A DNA stretch of 64,000 nucleotides, taken from Chiloscyllium plagiosum. Taxonomy: Eukaryota. The translations under genes and the position numbers were made by a program. This document shows positions 52,291-64,000 of this stretch, in pieces. The stretch is from positions 41,690,249 to 41,754,248 of the forward strand of contig NC_057719.1 in assembly GCF_004010195.1 (NCBI RefSeq). The letters are read 5' to 3'. The number at the start of each line of letters is the position of its first letter. Position 1 is the first letter of the stretch. The notes under the pieces are model-generated. The model did no database searches. It was not told the origin of the DNA and saw only the letters and a program-made list of their open reading frames with translations.

Positions 52291-52498
52291 CTGATGAAGG
52301 GCTTTCACCCGAAACGTCAATTTTCCTGCTCCTCGGATGCTGCCTGACCTGTATCACCTGATGAAGGAGCAACACTCCAAAAGCTAGTGTGCTTCCAATT
52401 AAACCTGTTGGACTACAACCTGGTGTTGTGTGATTTTTAACTTTGTACACTCTAACCTGGACTCTGATTTCCAGCATTTGCAGTCCTCACTTTTGCCT
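52291..52498 (+). mobile_element. Chimeric PLE mini-insertion: one terminal-repeat family nested in another, with two HHR motifs
   Basis: CTGATGA-A-GGG..CCC-GAAACGTC at 52291-52318; CAC-CTGATGA-A-GGAG..CTCC-aAAAGCTA-GTG at 52355-52389; first family resumes at about 52451. Confidence 0.82.
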
Positions 52499-52559
52499 GG
52501 GGGAGGAGCAAGACCTGTGGCAAGCCCAGGAGCAGCAGCAGGCTAGTGTGGAGGGTGGG

Positions 52560-53580
52560 GAGTAGTCAGTCAGGTGGCAATTGCTGCCACATGGCCCCCC
52601 TGAATGGAGTTGGTCTCCCTGACTCCCATTTCCTGAGGATGAGTGAGGTGTCATGTAGACGCAGGCTTCGTATGGCTCAGGGCACTGTGATGGTACTGTA
52701 TTGGATGTTGCAGAGGGATCGAAGAGCTGGAGAAGAGGGAGGCCATCCTTTCCCAGTGGTTATGAAAGTCACTGTGACATTAAATGTCTATATGACTGGC
52801 TCCGTCCAGGGAGCAACAGGAAACCTCTGCAGAATCTAGCAGTTGAGTTCTCCCAAATGCATCAGGACAATGACACCTGTATATAACCACCCCGGGTCAT
52901 TTGATTCTCCCGATACTAGGGTCAGTGATGCAGACCGGGCCCTGGGATTCAGGATGCAGGGCGCCATTCGCTGCTCACGTGTGGCACTGATGAGACATAT
53001 CAGAACCCTACAGAATTCACCAACAAGACGGGATTCCATTCCATTAATGGACATGACAAATGTGATCACCATTACACTTCCAGGAGGTGTGTGCCCCTTA
53101 CCTTGGAAGCTGCCATGACTTATAAATACCAGAACATTCGCAAGTACCTGGTGTATTTGAGGGTCCAAAGCAGACTGCAGGAGGACAAGAGATACTCTCT
53201 GTAACCAGGGCTCATGACTTCTTTGCGCAGCCCCCAAACTGAGGGGAACACAGATACAGAGCTACCCAGGCTTGATCTAGGGCCATTGATGGGCAGACGA
53301 TAGGGCTGCTGCAGATGTGGTTCTGCTGCATGGAGCGTTCTGGGCAAGCCCTCCAATATAGTCAGGACAGAGAGTGCTGCATCATCTGGTGTGCTTTATT
53401 CAGCAAGATTGGAGCAGGCAACAAGGCCATGTGCTGGATGCTGAGCAATCAGGGAGATGAGAGGAGCTTACCAAGGAGGAGAGCGGGGAGGAGAAAGCTG
53501 GCATTACCCATATCAGAACATGCCTGGTACTATGGGCCAGGCAGGACAGGATTGATTCCCACTTCCAGTAGGTGAGAGCT
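52560..53580 (+). mobile_element. PIF/Harbinger DDE transposase (HARBI1-like) remnant
   Basis: GHPFPVVMKVTVTLNVYMTGSVQGATGNLCRI; MQGAIRCSRVAL (GAIDCTH); GFHSIN; YLGSCHD. Confidence 0.85.
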
Positions 53581-53799
53581 GGGTGCAAGGAAATTTGAGG
53601 ACTACAAAATATTTTTTGATCATGTTGCCAAAAAACCAATATATGTTGTGGGTGTGAGCTTCAGTCTTTTGCTGCCTGTAAATGGAAGCTCATGTTTATA
53701 TTTGTCTGATTCCTTGTCTGAATGTGATGTTCCCTTAGAATTTACAGTACAGAAGGAGGCCATTCAACCCATCCCGAAAGAAGTACACAGCTTTTGTTT

Positions 53800-54108
53800 T
53801 AATTCATTCACAAGATGAGGCATCGTTGGCTAGACCAGCATTTATTGCCCATCGCAGGTGGCAGATAAGAGGCAACCATTTTGCTGTGGGTCTGGACTCA
53901 CATGGAAACCATTTCAGGTGAGGACGGCAGTTGGGTGTTTCCTGACAATCAACAATGGATTCATAATCATCATTAAGCTCTTCGTTCCAGATTTTTATTG
54001 AATTCAAATTCCACTATCTGCCATGGCAAACTTGGGTCCCCAGAACATTACTTGTGTCTCTGGATTAACAATCCAGTGACAATACCATTAGGCCATCATC
54101 ACCTCCCC
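53800..54108 (-). mobile_element. tRNA-head SINE with CR1/L2-type tail (older copy at about 42200-42480)
   Basis: Minus strand ggggaggtgatg.ggcctaatggtattgtcactgga...gatgggcaataaatgctgg. Confidence 0.75.
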
Positions 54109-54774
54109 TAATCTTACTGACTTGCCAAGATTAGGGGAGGTGATGACCTAGTGGCATTGTCACTGGATTGCTTGTTACCTTGTCAAGATTGTTCATAATT
54201 TTGAACACCAGAAAAAAGGTCACCTCTTAATCTTCTCTGCTCCAAGTAGAATAAACTTAATTCCTCTGAGCTTTCCTTGTACCTAAAAATCGCTCACTCC
54301 TCACATTATTCTAGTAAATCTCCTTCACACTCTCTTCAGGGCTTTAGCCTTAAAGGAGGAGCACAGAACTGAACAAAAAACTCCAAATGTGGTCTGACCA
54401 ATGATTTGTAGAGGCCTCTACTGGACAGTGATGAGCTGCAGGTCTACAGTTGGTTATGGGGACAGGGTAGCACTGAGATAGAGGGTGTTCAGGCAGAATG
54501 TAGCTAGGAACAGGTAATGTGTGTGACCTGGTGGTTACGCAGCGAGTAGGGTGTTAGTAAGGGATTGTATGTAAGAGGGAGTGTTAGTCATGTCATCTGT
54601 GTCATGGGTAGAATGGATTCTGGCTGCTTTGCCAGTAAGTGGGCAGTGAGGGACAATGTCGGATTGCCAGTGCTTATTTGGGTGTACAGAGGCCTTTAAA
54701 AGATGATGTGGGTGCATGGCATGCTGATTTCTGCTGGAGCAGTATTCTCTCTGATTTTCTTTCTGCCTGCCCAG

Positions 54775-54897
54775 ACTTCCAAGGTCAATGAACGCAAACA
54801 ACTTCCAGAACCGTGTGCAGATGCCGATTGCTGAGTGCGGAGCCTTACAGCAGTTGCGCATAGCCACACAGCTTCGAGAGAACATTGCTGCTGAGTG
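54775..54897 (+). CDS. Candidate 123-nt internal coding exon of an unidentified gene
   Basis: Long polypyrimidine tract plus ccag; TG|gtaagt donor; length divisible by 3; only one frame open (LPRSMNANNFQNRVQMPIAECGALQQLRIATQLRENIAAE); six CpGs retained. Confidence 0.5.
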
Positions 54898-57800
54898 GTA
54901 AGTTGTTCTGAAAATGATGGAGCCAGAATCGAGCATGAAAGACATCACTGAGGCAGGTAATTCATGTAATGAGTTTGGGAATGTGCAGCTAGAGAACTTA
55001 CTAGGCCATGTAGCAAATATCCCTCCCAAAAAACTCAATGCAATTCAAAACAAATGTAAAGATTCAGCTTCTAAAACACAGAACACACTCTACACACCTT
55101 TAAAGAAATTCCAGCTTTGCCTAACTGTACTGCTTCCAGGTTGATGTTTGTCACCATATAAAATTAAGCTGCACTTTATCGCCCTTGAAAAGATGTGTCA
55201 CTCTCTCAATCTAATTTGTTTGCTCTCTCTTTCCCTCTTTCATTCCCTTTATGAAGCTAAAGATCATTATAGGAATTGATGTGTCCTACCCTGCCAAACC
55301 GTAACCCAGAACAAAGTGTTTCTTAGAAGTGCATATAGTTTTGTAAAGTTAATCAATTTATGAGACCAAAATTCTATGTATGTAAACTACGAAAAATACA
55401 GATGTCTATGTGTACAGAAAAGTATCATTAATCTGTCAGTTGTTAAGGAGATTTGTGGGCATGGATTTATTTTTATATAAATTTATGGCAAGTAACACCA
55501 GGGTTAAAGAACTTCGCCCTTAAATAAACAGATAACTGAGCTCTGAAGTTAGTTCAGCTGAAGAAAGTACTATGAAGCAGCTTTGCTCAATCTCTCTGCA
55601 ATGACGGAAGAATTAGGTAAGTTCCTTACAGTGCCTTCAACTTGTACAAGACATGCTGAATTTATAACTTGTTTTCTGCAAGAAATGCATTTTGATTTCA
55701 TAATTGTATTTGAAACTTTAGTTTTAAAGCATTCTGATGTTACACAGTTGGGATATTTTTATCAAATAAAATTTGAGTTGATTATCTCATACTTCATTGC
55801 AGGCGCAACTTTACATTTCATTTTTTATGATTGTTCAACGTAGATTTCAAATAATGACTTGAAGTGAACATTCAATAATTCAGACACTAAAGTTAATTGT
55901 GGTTAATACAAAATGTATTAAATGATTATGGTTAGCTTTCCTGGACCCAAATCTCTCTGGTGGCCTCAGCAACTTTGCATAGTTTAGCTGCTTTCAGGTT
56001 GTGAAATCTTGACGTATAGATTTTCTATTATTATGGATATAAAATGAATGTATGCCTGTAGTGCACACGAACATTGTAAGCAAACTTTAAAGGCATTATT
56101 TAATCTCTCATGGCATTACACAAGGGAGCCAAGGCATTGGACTTTATAAGTCAAGCAGAGTTAACAGGTTAGTCATGGCTGCTTACAGATTTCGAAAGAA
56201 TAACAGATGAGCAAAGTCTTTCTCTTGCCTCCGCCTCCATCTCTTTCTCTTATATATTCCTGCTTGTGTCTGTCTACACCAGACGTATCATGAGAATTGA
56301 TGTTATTTTTGTCTCACTCTCACAAACATTCACAGGAATGTCACTGGCCAGAAAATCATATGATCTTTAAAAGTCTTATCAGCAGATTTCCTCTGCTTTG
56401 CTCATTGTCAACAAGAGAATTATATGGAGGAAAACACTTTCTGTACTCAATAGTATGAGTAAGGAAGTCCTATTAAAACAAGATAATTTATATTCATAAT
56501 AGAGCCTTTTCACTAGTTATATTATGTCGAGAATAACTCTAAATCCATAGCGTTATCCCACTTCCTGCATTCTCCATCAGGGTAAATTAATCCCTTTGGT
56601 CAGGCTTTGCTAAAATGCTAAGCCCAATTTTAACCTACAAAACATCTAAGCTGAAATAGCTACAGCAATTTATCTCCAGTGTTCCTGCTGTTTTATTGTG
56701 GGTTGCTATCCTCATCTGTTTCTGAACAGGTGAGCATAACACCAAGCAATTGGCACAGGACAGCCCTTCTTTAAGGATGGAGATTTGCCTCCATCTTGAA
56801 CATTGAACTTGAGGCCTGTGTTAGTAAACCAGATCAGCCTAACAGGCAATAAAACTGATCCTGGGCCATGAGAGGTCAAGAGTCACAGGCTATTTAAAAT
56901 GTTTTTCTCTTTCCTTGTTGAGCAATAAGAGCAGGATTGCTCCCGTGGAGCCCAGGAAGGAAATTTGAGTTTTTCCTAACTTGAGGTCCCCTTCCCCATC
57001 CCCGATTGAGATATACTCTCAATTCCTCTCCTAAGAACTTAGTTAACTACCAGGCACTGTTATTGTACAATCTCAGTGATAACTTGAATTATTTTTGGGA
57101 TCCCCAAACTTTGTCTGCATCCTTGCCAGCTCGTTATTCCCACAGGATAAAAAATAAACAAGACTGCATTTCCTTGATACTGTGAGGTCTTACTGAGGTT
57201 GCATAGAGAGAAGCGAGTCATGTTTCACAATTGTAAACAGGAACCTTTCATTAACTATATGCATGACATACAGAGTTAGGTATGAGAGAGAACTCCTCGA
57301 ACCATGCTGGCTTTTTCCTAATTTCAAATGCAAGGGAACATCAGCAGACATAACGGGTCGTGTTTACTATTCATTCACCTAGCCATTATTCTACTCCTTT
57401 CTCAAGTTTTTTCTTCTTGCCCTTTAAATCACTATTATTTCCTATTAATATTTAACCAGTAATATTTCTCTTTACACCCATCCACACCCCCCTTCCCTCC
57501 CTTGCCAAACCTCCTTTTGACTCTGAATTTGTAAGCAGGTTAGGACATCAAGAGTTATTTCACAGGGAACGTTTGTGGGAGGTTTCAAATGATGTGTATT
57601 TAAATGACTGCCACAGACTGCACATGGATGTCCTTACCGATGAGGCAGAGGTCACATAACTACAGCAAGTCAGCCTGTGTACTAAGTGCATTGCTCTTCA
57701 AGCATTGCCCTTTTTTTTAAAACAAAATGCATACAATATAATTTGCAGTTACAGGTTATATGAGTTGTCAATGTACATGGTCACAGAAAGTTAATATTCA

Positions 57801-57969
57801 TTACCAAAACGAATGTCAACTCTTGTTAGTCCACTTTCATTTCTCTCTGCACATGCACTGGATTCTTCAGTCACACTGCTGGTCACTGAAGTCAGCTGGC
57901 CTCACTCCTCGGAGTCAGAATAGGAGTTGATGGTAGGGGGTTCTTGTGCTGCACTGGTAGTATCCCACG

Positions 57970-58077
57970 GGGCAAAAATGAGGATTGCAGATGCTGGAAA
58001 CCAGAATTTAGATTAGAGTGGTGCTGAAAAAGCATTGCCGGTCAGGCAGCATCTGAGGAGCAGGAAAATCGACGTTG
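57970..58077 (-). mobile_element. PLE terminal-repeat fragment truncated within the HHR, nested in a tRNA-SINE head
   Basis: gcagatgctggaaaccag...ggaaaatcgacgtt. Confidence 0.75.
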
Positions 58078-58339
58078 CCCAGGGTATGCAGTTTTGAGTC
58101 CCACCTACTCCAGAGGTGTGTGCAGGTGGTTAAAAAAAAAATAGAACTTGATGGTGACAAGTTAAGCAGTTGCTTTGTGAAGAGCTTCTTCCGTAGTCTG
58201 TCTGTGATGGTGCATGTCAGAAGTAGCTCTTTATAGCTTGGCTTGGAATTCAATAAAGCACTCAACTGGTTAATATGCTCCTTAATCTCATTACTCATAT
58301 TTAGCCGGTTGAATACTCTTTTGCCTTCCTCAGGTAAGT

Positions 58340-59250
58340 CTGAGTTCCTTGTGTGGACTATCTTCACAGCATCTCTTTCCACATCTTCCTAAGGATAATA
58401 ACTCTACTTACTTCAAAAAGATGACATCTTGAGCTTTAACTTCAACTTTCTATGTCCAATAGTCTTGCATAGCAAGAGGTATGTCTCAATGCTTTCAGAC
58501 ATCCTTTCATCACTACTTCCTGCAAGAGTTGCATCTCCTTGATAATTTGCTTGCTTTAAGTAAGACTTTCAGAGTCAATGTCTCTGCTGGATTGACCAAT
58601 ACATAGTAAACTGTTGCTTCTTATTGAATCTCAAACTGTCCTAGCATTCTAAAGTTTCTTTATAGGAAATGTATATCTGTTTTCCTTGTTTGTATATCAT
58701 GTCTCATTGATATCTCTGCAAATGAAATAACAGATATGAAATAAGTCCAAAGGCCAGTATTCCGTCACCTAGTCACCCTTTATTTTCATGTGGAGAGTCC
58801 TGGACACTGATCCTGCTCCCTCAGAGCCAGCTCTCAGAGTGAACAGAACCTCTGAGACTCCTCTTTATAACTGTCTGCCAGGGCTCCCCAATTGGAGCAG
58901 ATGAACAGCCCCACTCAGAGAACTCGTAATCCAGGAGATACACTTGACTTGTTACAATCACTACAAGACACTTTGTAACAGATAGGAGCAGTTTGAGGAT
59001 GGTGCTATGAAGTGGCCTGTATGTTATATCTTTTGGTTACTGCCTCACTGCTGCTACTCTTACCTTGCCAGGATTCAGGTGAAGTCTTTTTGCTGTCAGT
59101 ACACTTGATTTCAGGCATCTTCAATTGAATCTTAATCAGCTTCCAATTCATCTGGTAAGCTCTGTCTAGCATTTGCATTAGATTCTGATTGTGATTTGCT
59201 TGTTTTTTCTTATTGTGTTCTCACAAACATAGACCAACATATTATCCATA
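58340..59250 (-). mobile_element. Gypsy pol remnant A (RT, RNase H and linker)
   Basis: KLLLSVTKCL/..LFHLQRYQ*DMIYKQGK; LQEVVMKG...PLAMQDYW...SRVIIL. Confidence 0.7.
58737..58965 (-). mobile_element. Solo LTR
   Basis: Minus strand TGTAGTG...TTATTTCA with AATAAA; flanked by AGATA and AGACA; splits the Gypsy RNase H coding sequence. Confidence 0.75.
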
Positions 59251-60035
59251 CTAGCTTCACTCTGAGAAGATTACTGCCTACCTGGTAATGTCCATATTGA
59301 TACATTTCTGGAACTCTGGAAAAGTTAAACGGCTCACACCACTGTCTGAGTCTCCTGATAGGAATCCAGAATGTAGTAAGAGAAATTGGTCAAAAAGATT
59401 TTTTTTTTGTGTGTGTATATTGTAAAGGAGAGAAAGATGTAAAAAGGAAATTCCAGATCTGGAGGAACTTGGAGGGTTTTGACAGCTGGAGGAGCAGACT
59501 ACCAACATTGTACACCATTGAGCAACTAAACATTGATGATAATGCAGATGGAACTGCATTGTTTCAAATACCTCCATATGACTGGGTTATTGGGAACATA
59601 CTCTGGTCAAACCTCCAAATAGATCATACAGATCTTTACAAATTGTTCACCACATAACTGAGCTTCTCAACATTCCGGCATCTTCTTCAATATGGCTGAC
59701 AAGCAGTGAGTGATTATGGCTGTGAAGGTCTCAACTGCAAGAATGACATTTTTTGTCCTCGTCAGGAGTGTTGATAGAGCATCACTATTACTTTGTTGTT
59801 GTTCTTCTATGTACTCTATGATGGTTTCATATTGCATCATTTGCAAATTGAATCCCGGGACTCTTTACCCATTCTTTTGTGTTTAATAAAGTTATCAATA
59901 GCTTTTGGTCAGTTTCAATTCTGATCAGCAAACCTAAGGGGTAATCAAAGAATTTCTTACACAACTCTTCTACTGCAAATGCTTTCTTCTCATTAAAGGT
60001 ATGTGTTTCTTCTATATGTATAAGAGTACTGGAAG

Positions 60036-60383
60036 GAGAAAGTGAGGTCTGCAGATGCTGGAGATCAGAGCTGAAAATGTGTTGCTGGAAAAGCGCAGCA
60101 GGTCAGGCAGCATCCAGGGAACAGGAGAATCGACGTTNNNNNNNNNNNNNNNNNNNNNNNNNNNNNNNNNNNNNNNNNNNNNNNNNNNNNNNGGTTGGAT
60201 GGTTCCTAGGCGGAAGATGAGGTGCTCTTCCTCCAACCGTCGTGTTGTTGTGGTCTGGCGATGGAGGAGTCCAAGGACCTGCATATCCTTGGTGGAGTGG
60301 GAGGGGGAGTTGAAGTGTTGAGCCACAGGGTGGTTGGGTTGGTTGGTCCGGGTGTCCCAGAGGTGTTCTCTGAAACGCTCCGC
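60036..60383 (-). mobile_element. Young 5'-truncated Neptune-type PLE; 14-bp target duplication; contains an N gap
   Basis: AAGAGTACTGGAAG at 60022-60035 and 60384-60397; AQHFNSPSH...RRLEEEHLIFRLGT. Confidence 0.92.
60138..60192. other. Assembly gap
   Basis: Run of N. Confidence 1.
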
Positions 60384-61538
60384 AAGAGTACTGGAAGCAT
60401 AGTAAACTGGTCATCTGATCCCATCATGGATCAGAAATAAGACTGCTCCTAGACTTGTGGATGTTGCATCTCCACTATTACAGCTGGAAGAGCTGGGTCA
60501 TGATTTGCAAGTACCTGAGATGAAATGAGCATTTCTTTTATTTGATCAATCAAGTTTTGCTGATATTCACATCAATACCAGATCTGATCTCCCTTCAGAA
60601 GTTGTCTGAGATTCATTGGGCTAAATGAGGTAAGAATTTCCCTTCCTGGTTCACCATTCCCATGAACTGTTGGAATGTTGTAGTATTCGTGGGCGGTGGA
60701 AAGGTTATGATAGCCTCTTTGTACTCTAGAACTGCCATTTTTCCTATCACCTGAACCACATGGCTCAATAATTTGATTGTAGACTTGGAGAACTCATACT
60801 TGTCATTGAGTGACATCAAAGCATCCTGTAACTTATGCAACAAGATTCTCCATGCTGTCTTGTTATGTTGATCTTTAGTGGATCCGTAGTAGAGAATGTT
60901 GTCCATGTGACATGTAACACCTTTCATGCCTTCTTATATATTGAACATTGTCTACTGAAAACTCTCAGATTGAGGATATGACACCAATTTTGCAGGTGGT
61001 TAAAGCAATAATGTCTATGACAAGCTATGAATGTGGTGAGCAGTTTGATGTTCTCATTTAACAGAGATTTCCTGAAGCCACTGTTGCTATCTAACCTAGT
61101 GAAAAGTGTGCTCTGAGCAAGATTAATCAGGCTCTCATCTACAGATACCATTAGATATACTTCACAATGCACTGCAATATTCAAATGTATAAGACACACA
61201 TTTGAATAAAACGCTCCGTTCTGGGAAATGACACCATAACTGAGCACCATATCACCAGCTGATAGACTTTTGAAATCATTCTCTTCCTGAGCATTGTCTC
61301 AATCTTCTCTTTTGCCTTGACCAAGGTGGATGTGGATCCTCCCTGGGTGTGAACAAACACAAGGGTTTGGCATCTGCTTTGAGTATGACGTGATACACAG
61401 CACTGAGCTTTCTGAGCTATGAGAAGAGCTTCAGAAACTGTTATCTAAACTCACTGTGGTTGACTAGCTGACAGCTGTGTTTGCCTGAAGGATGAGGTTG
61501 AGAGCCGTTCAGGCTTTCCTACTAAGTTGTAGTTAAGT

Positions 61539-61682
61539 TGTTGGCTAGCTCAGTTGGTTGGATGGTTAGTTTGTAATACAGGGTGATGCTAACAATGTGG
61601 GTTCAATTCCTGCACTAGCTGAGGTTATGATGTGGGTCCCTCAGTTTAAACTCAGCAGCCTTTGGGATCATGGTGACTTTAT
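61539..61682 (+). mobile_element. Short tRNA-derived SINE (related copy at about 20200-20290)
   Basis: tagctcagttgg A box; gggttcaattcc B box. Confidence 0.6.
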
Positions 61683-62039
61683 TCTTAACTTAAATAGCTG
61701 GTTCTCAAAAATGTTCAGTATTTCCACAATTTGTCTGCCTTTGTGCCATAACATTTCCTAAAGCTAGCCATTTATCACAAGGTTCTATCATCCAGGGCCA
61801 AATTAGTTGGAAAGTTCAAGATGGAAGGTAACTTCTTTCAGCTATGTAAAGCCTTCTAAACAACAGAATAACTGCACCTCCTATATCCAAATAACATGTG
61901 TGTAGTATCCATTGATGGAAATCTCTGAGGTTCAGTGTTATCATCCTGGCCAATAATTTCTCTAACAGCCAGATTTTACATTGAAGGTGGGTCTTTTCTA
62001 CAGGATGTCATGTTTGTTTCTAAAGCAATCTTCTGTGAT

Positions 62040-62585
62040 CAGCGAGTTTTGAATACCGTGCAAGAACTGTAACAAACACTACATTGGACAAACAGGCAGA
62101 AAACTAGCCACCAGGATACACGAACATCAACTAGCCACAAAACGACATGACCCTCTGTCACTAGTATCCTTACATACAGATGAGGAGGGACACCACTTTG
62201 ACTGGGACAACACACCCACCTTAGGACAAGCCAAACAGAGACACACACGAGAATTCCTAGACGCATTCTTGAGCCATGTGGTTCAGGCAATAGGAAAAGT
62301 GGCAGTTCTAGAGTACAAAGAGGCAATCATAACCTTTCCGCCACCCATGAATACCACAGCATTCCAACCGAAACGCTATCAACAAACACATCGAGTTAGA
62401 CCCCATCTACCATCCCCTGAGAAAAAGAACATGAAATGACATCACCACAGGAAATTACATCACCACAGAAAATTACATCACCAACCCAAACATATAAATA
62501 GAAAGTAGGAATCATGTACAGTGCTTCGCCTGAGGCCCACTGAAGATGCTACCTAGTAGGGCTCAGCAAGCAAACCTACATCAAG
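62040..62585 (+). mobile_element. 5'-truncated Poseidon-type PLE (GIY-YIG plus terminal repeat); 13-bp target duplication
   Basis: IPCKNCNKHYIGQTGRKLATRIHEH...HHFDWDN...REFL; AATCTTCTGTGAT at 62027-62039 and 62586-62598; half HHR CTGAAGA at 62540. Confidence 0.92.
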
Positions 62586-64000
62586 AATCTTCTGTGATGA
62601 ATGAGGAGTTTCATTAGTACAGACATAGCTTGTGGCAGAGCTTTTCTTCCAACTGCATTTCCTCTATATGCTGCTTTGAGAGACTGTGAAAGAGCAGTTG
62701 GGGATTTTTTTTAGCGTAAACCCGTGTTTTTGGTGTGATGTTCTTTCAGTCTTGTATTATGTCTGGCAGCTCGGCCACTGCTCAGCTCTTCTGGGCTCCG
62801 ACGACTCCACAAAGTCAGTCCAGTGATCAGATTATTGTTGCTGACCTTTCATTGTAGCTTGCATTTTAATGTGCAGATGTTAAGGTCTGCCTTTCCATGA
62901 TTGTCGTCTCTTGGAGCACTGCCTACTTTTCAACTGTTGTTGGGGTCTCACATGTTGAAGGGTGCTGATCTAACTTAATGCTTCAAAGTAGGAACCTAAC
63001 AGCTGCCCGTCACCTTTGTTTTCAATGTTTGTGCCAGTGGTGGGCATCACTCCCATTGCTCTAAAGGAAGATTTTGTCAACTTTTAGTACTACCACCACA
63101 TTGTGAGGTTGTATTAGAGTGGTACAGAGAGAGCCATGTCAGTCTTCATACCAGTGAACAGGAATCTTTCATCAATGATATAAACTAGATATAAAATAAG
63201 GTAGGAGTAACTTTCCTGGAACCTTGCCCCTCTAGTTCTACTTCTAAATGTGTGAGAATATCAGCAGGTATTGTTGATGCTGTATACTGTTCAATAGCAT
63301 AATGAAGCTAAATTACCAAAATGGGGCTTGACCATTATTCTACGCTTAACTGCACCTACCTTGAGCAAACATTAAGTTTAGCATTTGTCTCCTGCTCACA
63401 AACATAAACAGTTCTTTTGTGTCAATTAAGTTATTGAATACCTCTTCATTGTTTTCTTCCAGATGTTTCAGATATTGGATTATCATTAAATGCCAGTTAC
63501 CAATTATTACATCATTACATATTAAATATAGAGCCCTTTACAGGCATTTCCAGTTCAGCTTTTGGTGTTTATCTAACGTGGCAATATGCCAATCTTTGGC
63601 ATCTCTTTTTCCTATCAGCTGAGAACGGAGTTAATGACATCGTAGTTTGATAGACTTTTCTAATAGCCTCAGATGAAGGACAAAGTTGGAACTCCAGAGA
63701 TCAGTCTTCAGCACAGGCCCAACTTACCAAAGGTTATGAGAAACTGAGCAAACTTTGCTTCATATGTAACAGGTAAGGCTAAAGAACAGCAGGGCGTTAC
63801 AATTTTAAACTTTTGGTGTTTTTAAAAAATTGTTACTGACATAATGGAGACATCTTTTGCTATGATTTCGACAGGCCAGTATCTGTAAATCTGATTCAGT
63901 TGTTATATTGTGAGCATTACAAATATAAGCGGCAATTGAAAAGCTTTTCGTAGCTTGTTAAACTGTATTTTTTGCATTGATGGGACAGTGTTTAAACTGA

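Larger units (their letters stand above)
59280..63640 (-). mobile_element. Gypsy internal region B (gag, protease, RT, RNase H), decayed, with nested PLEs and a SINE
   Basis: FTRLDSNSGF...LTTFI; GVTCHMDNILYYG; QQFMGMVNQ.GKFLP; EKKAFA; SDALS. Confidence 0.85.

Noticed and set aside
52560..53580. Domesticated HARBI1 gene
   Set aside because: Stops, frameshifts and a mutated catalytic motif (GAIRCSR for GAIDCTH) indicate a dead transposon
58008..58382. 124-aa ORF and the apparent splice acceptor at about 58717 (-)
   Set aside because: Chimera of Gypsy remnant, SINE and PLE; the acceptor-like sequence is Gypsy LFHLQRY coding DNA

Overview
This is repeat-dense vertebrate DNA, almost certainly intronic or intergenic sequence from a cartilaginous fish. 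The evidence is HE1-type V-SINEs, abundant CR1 LINEs and Deu-domain SINEs; the species assignment is inference. No intact protein-coding gene is present. One good candidate cassette exon (54775-54897, +) and a few weaker ones hint at a large host gene that I cannot name. Most long ORFs are decayed pieces of CR1, Rex1, Penelope-like elements (PLE), Gypsy, Harbinger and pogo. Two features stand out. (1) About a dozen minimal hammerhead-ribozyme (HHR) motifs (CTGANGA-stem II-GAAAC/GTC) sit in short PLE terminal-repeat insertions from at least three families. Several are fold-back palindromes with 10-16 bp target duplications, one gives the HHR a roughly 60-bp helix I, and one carries an HHR on each strand. 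(2) Locally templated insertions and inversions recur: 45-170 bp copied from 0-1.5 kb away with microhomology at the junctions, often inside the PLE inserts. Also present are a 42-bp minisatellite, a roughly 58-bp satellite, a solo LTR splitting a Gypsy RNase H, a strong CTCF motif and two assembly gaps. Element boundaries were read by eye and are approximate unless a target duplication is quoted.
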